Below, piece by piece: positions 55,187 through 64,000 of a stretch of DNA of 64,000 nt. The position numbers were made by a program, and so were the translations under genes. Numbering within the stretch: position 1 is the stretch's first letter; each line of letters opens with the position of its first letter. The stretch is from Yuukianura sp. NJ FZ-2021 (taxonomy: Eukaryota): assembly GCA_046563655.1 (NCBI GenBank), contig CM102288.1:124001-188000 (forward strand), in the 5' to 3' direction. The notes under the pieces were generated by a model. That model made no database searches, had not been told where the DNA came from, and worked only from the letters and a program-made list of their open reading frames with translations.

Positions 55187-55518
55187 ATGGGTTCTGTTGG
55201 ACTGTTTGCAAAAATCGTTTTAGCAATTTTTCTAACTTTCGGCAAAGTTTCGCAGGAGGTTTTGTCGTACGGGAAAACGCATATGGCTATGTCGTAAGTT
55301 GTAACTCCTAAAATATTTCAATATTCATATAAAATATTTTAAAATAATTACTTTCTTTCTACAATCTTTTACAAATTCCACATTTTTACAAAACTTCCTT
55401 TAACAAAGTTTTGAATTTTTGAAATTTTGAAATTTTTCCAGAGGGTACAAACCGTTGAAGGACATGCTGGACGCTCTTTTCACTGGCTACGAAAAACGAA
55501 TTCGTCCATTTCACAAAG
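55187..55518 (+). CDS. First two exons (55187-55293, 55442-55518) of a Cys-loop ligand-gated ion channel subunit; remainder not seen in the window
   Basis: A signal-peptide exon splices in frame to GYKPLKDMLDALFTGYEKRIRPFHK, which matches the L-x-x-GYD-x-R-x-RP N-terminal helix motif; strong donor AG|GTAAGG. Confidence 0.7.
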
Positions 55519-55715
55519 GTAAGGTCACTGAGCCTCAATTTTTTTTTCAAATCACGCTAATTTTCAAAATTTCGCAAACAGAGCATTATAAAAAGACGCC
55601 ATTAGTCCAATTTGGCTTTATTTCAAAATTTACCGGGTAGTTTTGTACTTAAAATTGTCCGAGCAGCGTTAAATCTTCCAGGGATCGGAATCGCGCATGC
55701 GTAGTTGGCCTAACA

Positions 55716-57057
55716 CTACCTTCGATCTCCTTTGCTAAACAGTTTGAGTTGATGTTTAATCTTCTTGCGATTGCCAAAAGTGAAGCTGGAATTGGATCCG
55801 TATGAGGTTGATGAACTTCCCGAGGAATTGGAGCCTTTGCGCTTATTTTTGTTGTCCTTCTTGTCCTTTGTTGGGGTTGTTTGTGTCGTGGCACTTCCGG
55901 AACTGTGCGAACTCTCGTCGTCATCTCCGTATGGGAACCCTGCTCTTCGGAAATCTTCCGGTGAAAGGTCAATGTACAAAGACAGCATCGAAATCTTGTT
56001 ACCCAAGGTCAGTTCATCTTTCAGCGTCTTTGGCTCTCTGTGGCACCAAGCGATCACCATCATCAGAGTTATCATCAACAGAAAAGTCATTACTGCAATG
56101 ACCTACAAAACCAAAAATTGTAACCTTTGACCCCATTTTTTTCATTTTGAACTTACACAAGTGATGAGCTTAATGTATTGAAAGTCACAAATTTTTCGGG
56201 CAGCTAGTCGGCTCTGAAGGGCCGCACTTTGACCTTGCACAATTGCTCGAATTTGACACGAGTGAAGCGTTTCGGAAACAGTATCGGGATTTTGGAGTCC
56301 CGTTAGCTCAATGGCTTCTCGTCGAATCAAATTGGCCATTTGAATGTAATTTTCGTTACTTTGGCGCCACGATCGAATGTAAAAGGAAGTTCCAACCACA
56401 AGCAGAACCGCTGCCACCACATAAGTAATCAGGCACTGCCAAAGGTCAAAGGTCAACTTTTTCAGAAAAAGTTGAAAATTTTCAACTTTTTGGTTGAAAT
56501 TTTGAGTGTCTTACCCACTTGTCCTCATGGAACCATCTACTTTTGACACAGAGGTGAATGAAAAGTTGGACACTTAGCCCAAGTGCCAAAATGGAAACGA
56601 CGACAATGAACAGTACTTGCATGGAAGTCTCTCTGTACGACAACTGACTGTACTCCGGGTGACTTAAAACTGTGACCGGAAGGTCAGACGACTTGATGGC
56701 CTTCATGAACATGTCATCTGCTAAATTCCGCCTGACCTGACCTGGATTCTGCATCAAGATGAGGTCATCTTTGATCACGAGTGCTTGCGACACGTTACGC
56801 AGTTCAGAACTCAAGTGCTTGTTCCAGTCGTAGTCACGCAGAAAGGCAGAGAGGCTTAGAGTAAACAGCGGAATCAGGCTGAGCTAAAAAAACGAAAAGG
56901 TCAAAGGTCACATTGTTTTAAATCCCCTCTTTTCTCAATTTTTCTGAAAACTTACAATTACGATTGCTTGCAAAACGAGAGATGTAACAAAGTAGGCCTT
57001 TTTTCGTACACGTTCTTCTTTAACCACAATTGACATAAGGCTCTTGGAGGACTCCAT
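55716..57057 (-). CDS. Uncharacterised protein with about 4 TM segments
   Basis: Four exons with canonical splice sites, four hydrophobic segments, Ser/Lys-rich tail. Confidence 0.6.
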
Positions 57058-57478
57058 TTTACTTTTGAAAAAAAAAATTTGCGAAATTCAAAAATTGCAA
57101 ATTATTTTTCTGCTCTCAGGCTCAATTTGTTAATATTAACTTCGAAAAGTAGTTGAAAGTAACACTGGAAAAAAATTTTTTCAATCAAACGGCACTTAAA
57201 AACAACAGTGTTTGTTTCTAATGGTTGTGAATTTCGCGTCCTGTGAATTGATTTGCCACAAATTAATTAACTAATTAGTTAAAATTAATGCAATTTAACT
57301 AGGAATTAAAATTTTGAGTTATTTTTTTATTTTTATATCAAAGGTACACGGGATTGTTGATGTTGTGGAGAAGTTTTTGGTTTTTTTGGCGAGTGCATAG
57401 AATTTGATTGTTTAAATTTAGAATTAGAATGCTTAATTATTGATTAGTAATTAACAATAGCGAGTTGACTTTGTTTGA

Positions 57479-60400
57479 CTACAAATACTCCACGATATCA
57501 CATTTAATAAGAATGTTTGGGCATGAAAGCATCATGTTTGATTTCTTGGAAGGAGCGGAAGTTGAGGAGGGCGGGGCAAGTGGAGTTGTTTTTTCAGTGA
57601 GTAGTTTTTGGAAAATGGGGAGCAGAGTTACGTCCAAGTTAATTTCAGAGAAGAGCGTAGTTGTGTCCAGTTTCCTGGGAACAGACACAGATCGATTGTG
57701 CTTGGACAGGAGATGTGCTGGTTGTGGAATGTTTTCACTCGAAGCGTAGTAGAAGGGTTTGGACCCGGGAGGGGGTGGTGGGGCAGGGTGGGACGTCAAA
57801 TTGGTGGAGGATTGGCTCACATCAATAGCTGTGTCTGCTTGATCTGTAAAAGATCAAGTACTCGTCAAAATTGACCCATATAGGTTAAAATGTCTCAAAA
57901 AATTGACCCATATGGGCTAATCCGTCAAAACTCTAGTTTGAACAACTTACCTTCTCCCTGGAAGAAGATTTCTTCCCCGAATTCTGTCAGTTTCAAATTG
58001 GTTGACCCGAGCCGTCCACCGCCGATTCCGCTCGTGGGACTTTTGAGTTTCCGAACACTCGTTTTGGAAGGTCTCCGCTCCAGAATATTGTTTTGGATGT
58101 GGCTGGAGTTTTCTTTTTGCAAAATGTTCCAGATTTCTCCAGAAGTTTGAAGAGAGGGGCGATGGATGACCTCTTGACTTCCGGTTTCACTCGGGACTCC
58201 CCGCTGACTCGGAGTGGTCGACGGAATGCTGCCGCCTCTCTGCCGCAGTTGAGTGTACAGTTCCACGAGGGAGTCTGAGTGAGGCGGTTTCTCTGGCAGC
58301 AGAGACTTCTCCTCAACTGTGATTGGCTCTAAGTCTTGCTTGAGGTCACCCACGAACAGAATGGATTTGGCAGAGTTCGTGACCCCAGTCGTGGTTGTGA
58401 GTGGGGTCCACTGAGGCTGTTGACCTGACGACACGATCGGCAGACTCGGCAGGGTCAACGCTGCTATCCCCGGGTACTTTGGCACCGATTTTTTCCTAAA
58501 AAATTAAAACATTACCCCATATAGGCTAATTCCGAAGTTAGCCCGTTTGGGTTAATTGTAAAGTTAGCCCATTACCTGGGTGTCATCGTGGACTCATCCT
58601 CCATGTATTCATCTTCTCCCTCCGCCCCATCCGAGTTGAGTGAGTAGAGGGAGCTCACATCAGTGTCTTCTTTCTTAAGTAAATCTGACTTCGGAATCAT
58701 AAGATGCATCGCATCTTCCAGGATTTCCACAGCTTCATCTCCCAGGATCCTGGCCAATGCCTGTTCAAATTGTGCCAGGTCAAGGTCAAAGGTCAAAGGT
58801 CAATTACATTTACAGTTTACCTGAATTTCCGTGTCAATTTCTCTAATTTGTTTTCTGTACTTGGAGTTGATGCCTTTGGCGGACTTGAGTTCATGTTCAT
58901 ACAAACTGGATTGTGACGGGCGACGACCACCAGTGCTACTGCTGAACGTCGGTTTGATTGTCGTGCGCAGACGCTTCTCTATCGTTCCCTTTGGATTCCG
59001 CTTTAGTTCTATCACCTCAAAAATTCAAAGTTCAAAAAATTACATCTTCTCAGAATTTTGGAAAATGTTGGTCCAGAATTTGAATGTTTGTGTTTTGGTT
59101 GGGAATTGGTTACTTTTGGTAGAAAGACTAAGCAGAGAGTGGCCGTTGTGCAGAAGATGATAAATATTGAGATGATGACAAAAGAGACGTCTTGTTTGTC
59201 AGACAGAACGTGCGACAGAGGAGCACCGATGATGCACATCATCACTGAATTGTACACGCTCATTCCGATGTACTTCGAGTCATTCAAAGCTGGAATTGAT
59301 ACATGACGAGTTTCCCAAGCCAGGAAACATCCAAACATCTTTTTCAAAAAAAAATCAAAAAGATATAAAGTTTTTTGGAATTTGGAAAGATCAAAGGTCA
59401 AAGTGTCACCATGAGTAGTCCCTTGTAGGCGTAGATGCAACCCACAAAGATAGTCATGTAGTTGCTCTTGCAGTACTCAATTTGCGGCACAATTTCCACG
59501 TCGTCATTTACAGGGTCAAGCTACAAAAAAGGTCAAAGGTCAAATAATTGGTTCGGTTCCATTTAAAAGTTTTTGAAACTAGTTGCTGAACTTATTTTTA
59601 ATAAGTCGTAGTTTAATATTAGCCAGGCTGCAACTAACCGATAATATGACCTTACATGTTTCGCCATATTTTTGATTTCACGGTAAAACGGGTCCAGCAA
59701 TTGCCAAGTAATCATGATTGCGAAATCGATTACTAGAAGAATCCCAACGACAATGAACAGTTGCATGTCTTTGATGACCTGTAAAGGTCAAAGGTCAAAA
59801 TTTAGGGATTGACCTGAATTGTAATTATGGCAAGATTTGTTGACCTTTTTGTTGAGTTTGACATTTGTAAAGATGGAGTGAACCCTCCATGTTTTGCTGA
59901 ACATTGACCCAAAGGCTAATGTGAACCCAGCCATAAGTACCCATGCCCTTCCAGTGCACAAGTACGGAAAAGCTTCCACGGATGTCAAATCGGAATCCAA
60001 ACCCAGCAGAATAACAGACGCATAAGTAAAAATGCACCCAATGATGATTAGGTTGTTCAAGTAGGGCGAACTCATCTTGATGTACCTGTAAAAAGAATAT
60101 GGGTTAATCAACAGGTCAATAAAAAAGGTTTACGGGTCAATACCTTTGGTTTCGAAATTTGATGTTCACAATTAGAAAAAATCCGGCGCCGATTATCCCG
60201 ACGGTCGCAACAAAAGCGAAACCAATGAACAGGGTCAAGTTAATCCGTGTATGTTCATGAATCTAAATTGGAATATAATTATAACCATTTAATTATAAAA
60301 ATTGACCCATGAGAGGTCAAAAGGTCAAATGTTGACCTGAATAGTGCGATCTTTTGGCGGTGTTTTGCTTTCCCATGTGATTCTGTTGGGATACTTTGTG

Positions 60401-62128
60401 AGATTCATCGTTCCAGCGACACTGTCGTATTGCCCAACTTCCACCTCAACGTTAACTGTGTTGAACGTCTGAAATTGTTTGATGAGCACTGACCCCTTAC
60501 GACCATTGTCCTGAAATTGCACAGGACCCTACCACAAGGCAAAATTTTAAAACGTCATCTTCCAATTTTCAAAATTTCAAAAATTTTCAAAATTCTAGTA
60601 AATTTGAATATCTTACTGTTACTCCCATGAAACTCGTGGCTGCCAAGCTCTCCAGAATTGCATTTTCCCAGGATTCATCGTGATAGCGAAATGTGCTTAG
60701 CAAGTATTTTTTGTTTTTGGCATTCCCGCCTTTGTAAAAATTAGATGCGTTGTGAAGGGCTAAAGCCAACGCCCAAATTCCATCGTAAGCGTAACCGTGG
60801 AACCTTGACTTTTGCTCCATCGACACAACCTCGTAAATGTAGTTGTAGTCAGAAGGTTTCTGAAAAGTAAAATTTCATCAAAAATTTTCAAAATTCATTT
60901 TTCCATTTCATTTTTTTTTTCAAATATTACCCGCCCACTGATGGTAACTTCATCAGAAGTACTTAAGGGCAAGACATCCATGAGCAGAGCTCCGCGAAGG
61001 GCTACTTCAATATTTTGCAAACTGCAGTTCGTATCTTTCACAGTCCACCACTTCAAACAAATTTTACGTAAATTCAGGGAAATTTTACAAACTCAAAATT
61101 TTAAAATTTTAAATATTTTTTGCTAAAAAACTTACTGCCGGATCATACGCTGCCACGATGAGCCACTGGTATCGTTTTCCATACATTTTGTTATGGTAAG
61201 CCTAAGAAAAGCTCAAGGTCAACAAAAATCTTTGAACTTTGACCCCAAAACAAAGTTTTTAGTAAAAACTAACCTGGCAAAATATTTTTCTGGCCCAAGT
61301 TTCATTAAAATTTCCAAGGATGATGCGAACTCCAGCATCTTTGAGCTTGTTCATTTGCGCTGTCACTTCGTCTGCAAAACTGAGGACTTCCACTACTTCA
61401 AAATCTTTGTTAACTTTGGATTCCAGGGATTTGATAAGTTCATTGTGAGCAAGTGAGTACAGCGGCATGTTTTGATACAAAGTTCCCACACGCTTCCAAT
61501 TGAACAGTCGCATCAGTTCGATTCGTGGATCGTTAAACTCGTTTTCACTCGGAACGATTCGGAAAAGATTCGGAAAGTTGTTTTTCCGGTACATGGGATG
61601 GGTGTCGCCATACGACAACTGAACGACATTCCAGCGTTTGCTGGCTTTGGCTATTGGATCCGTCACTGTCGTACAGACGTCGCCAAAGAGAAGGATTTTG
61701 AGTGGCGGTCGATGGATCATGTCGAAAAAAGCTTTCATTCCATATCCAGTGTCACACTGCATACAAATTTAAAAAGTTCAAAAAACTAGACTTGAATTTA
61801 AATTTACATTGACCCATTGACCCGTCATCAAATCAGGGTCAACGGGTCAATCTGTTTTTGACCCAGATCTTACCCGGGTATCGTTCCAGAGGATGTCCAG
61901 TTCATATTCTGGCAAAATGCTTGAATTTTTGTTGATGTCGTAGAGAGCCTGTTTCACTGCCGGTAGAACCCCTTTTCCCACTCTCCACCGACTCGCATTT
62001 TCCGACAACGGAAAAAACCCGGCAATATTCAGTTTCGGTTTTTGCTTTCCTCCAGTCAAGGTCAATGCTCCCAGGAGCATCGTTAGCACAGCTACTGAAA
62101 AGACGGTTCCACTCCTCCAGCACCCCAT
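57479..62128 (-). CDS. GABA-B-R2: Metabotropic GABA-B receptor subunit 2
   Basis: Venus-flytrap domain ([30 protein letters not shown]), 7TM ([46 protein letters not shown]), ends CDIVEYL*. Confidence 0.93.
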
Positions 62129-62829
62129 TGCTACCCACCAACACCCCGCCCTAAAGGCAAAGGTCAAAGGTCACTGACCTCTACACTCTGCACAAGAGCA
62201 GTTCCGAACAGTGTGAAGAACTGGATCAAACTGGATACTTTGGAGGTGGAAAGTGAAAGTGTTTTTGAAAATCAATAGAGCATGGGGCCTGGAAGGAGGC
62301 GCGGTTTTGGAACTCTGGAAGGAAGCTGCTCCTGGATTTCCAACTTCCATATCTTCACTTTCCGAAAAGTTTCACTTTCAGTACGCAGGTTGAAATGATA
62401 TTGATTCAGTGTATTGTTGTTCCAGTAACTTGGTTTAAGCTTCACCCCCCCCCCCCCTTCCCTTGAAAGGGGCGGGGCTTAAACCAATTAAGGAAGACAA
62501 AGGAAGCTCCTAGCGGCAACGGAACTTTCACCTTTCAAACTTTCACTTTTGCTTTTCCACTTTTCCAAGCCGAAACTGGACAAAGTTAGAAAAGCTTCTT
62601 AAGAAAAATTTCGGAAAAGCCTAATTTTATCCCCCAAAATTCCATTACTTTTTACCAATTTTACCTTGCTAACCTTACAACACTTTTTACCAGGATTGGC
62701 AAAAATGTCTGTTAGAAAAAAAATCCTGAAATTTTTTTTTGAAGCACGGACGTTCAAGGAGAAAGTTTTTTGGTTGATTTTATTCAAGTCTTTGGGAAAA
62801 TAATTTCAAGAGTAAAAACATAAAAGTTC

Positions 62830-63894
62830 TCAGCGCATAGAGACTTGAGACTGCGTTTTTTGAAGTTCCTTTTGTTGAGTTATTGAATGCTTAGACTTGT
62901 CTTTGATGCTGGCCCTTGAAGGGGTGGGGGTCAAGGGGTCCTTGACCTCTAGGGGCTGACTAAGGTCAGCCTTGGGGTCAGTCCAGTTGAGGGGCACTTC
63001 CACTCTGTTCATTTTGCCTGAGGAAGTCCACCAATGTCGTTTGGTTATGGGGGAATCGGCGATGGGGCGAGCATAGTAAGGGAGGGGGTCAAGGGACGAC
63101 AGAGGGGGGTACTTCCCACCCCCAACAATCTCCATCTCCTTGTACAGCATCTCTGCTGAATCCTCTTCTTCTACGAAGAAAGCAACCACGAAAGCCATGA
63201 ACAAGTGAAGGAAAGTGTTGAAGATGCCCAGTATCTAAAAAGAAGTTAAGGGGTCATTGACCTCTGGGTCACACTAAAGTTGACCTTAAATCAGGGTCAA
63301 TGACTTACAATGACGAATATTTTGGTCCAGGACTCTTGACATGCGTAGGGCCTTCCCGTGAAGAGTTGGATGAAGCCTGATTCCAACTGTGGGAATTTGC
63401 AGGGGTGCCAAGGGACCCTGTCTGAAGGGACCCCTTCATACAGGATTTCAAAATGGCGGTTGTACTGCTCGTTGTTGTGGGCGAAGGACGTCGTGTAGCA
63501 AGCAGTTCCCACCAGAATAACAATGCAACCGAAGAGGTGAAAGTACATGTTCTAGAAGTGAAAAACTAAAAAGGTCAAAGGTCAAGGTCAAAGGTCATTG
63601 AGTTCTTACGATGTTCTTCCGGTAGTAGAGGTATGAGAGGAGGAAGCAGAGGTAGCAGTGAATGAGTGCCACTATGAACATGAATCCCCAAATGGCCAAC
63701 GCTGCTACTTGCGTGTCGTACTCTCGTTCCAGTGCTCGTTCAATGATAATTTGTTCTTCAAAGTTCAACCATTTGGACAACTTGTACTTTTTGTGTAAAA
63801 GCGCCAAGCGATCAGCGCTGTACACGTTTTTATTCCAGCGATAGTCGGCATTTGCACATAAAATTCCGAACAAGAGACAGACGATTTCGATTAT
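62830..63894 (-). CDS. Uncharacterised multi-pass membrane protein, 5' end outside the window
   Basis: Three spliced exons with hydrophobic segments and canonical splice sites. Confidence 0.6.
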
Positions 63895-64000
63895 CTAAAA
63901 AAACAGCAAAAAAAAGTTTTTGAATTTGTCCTAAAATATTTTGAAATTTTCAAATTTGGAACAAAATGAAAGTTTGTTCAAACATATTTGAACAAGGAAC

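Overview
This is gene-dense eukaryotic DNA with mostly 55-110 nt GT-AG introns. It is probably from a compact-genome arthropod (gene families, TTAGG repeats), but the species cannot be determined from the sequence. Manual splicing supports about 25 protein-coding genes: TRIM-NHL, PEX14, CUB protein, ABHD, FBF1-like, Cys-rich orphan, RPL18, Su(z)12, PDI, MetRS, syntaxin-8, SLC17, RRS1, SMC6, a divergent TFIIA large subunit, CCDC166-like, PLEKHJ1, the 5' end of a Cys-loop channel, GABA-B R2 and several orphans. There are also intronic H/ACA snoRNAs (including U17/snR30) and two non-autonomous DNA transposons with target-site duplications. Most notable: (1) an intact hinge-only, ATPase-less SMC6 paralog near full-length SMC6; (2) a highly divergent TFIIA paralog head-to-head with SMC6; (3) a hidden in-phase exon predicting a VEFS-only Su(z)12 isoform; (4) duplicated, likely mutually exclusive PDI exons with a long-range RNA duplex; (5) GABA-B R2 apparently nested in a Cys-loop channel intron; (6) N-terminally truncated head-to-head MetRS and Stx8; (7) a recurrent intronic TGACCTTTGACC motif. 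All calls are by eye with no database searches, and exon boundaries may be off by a few nt.
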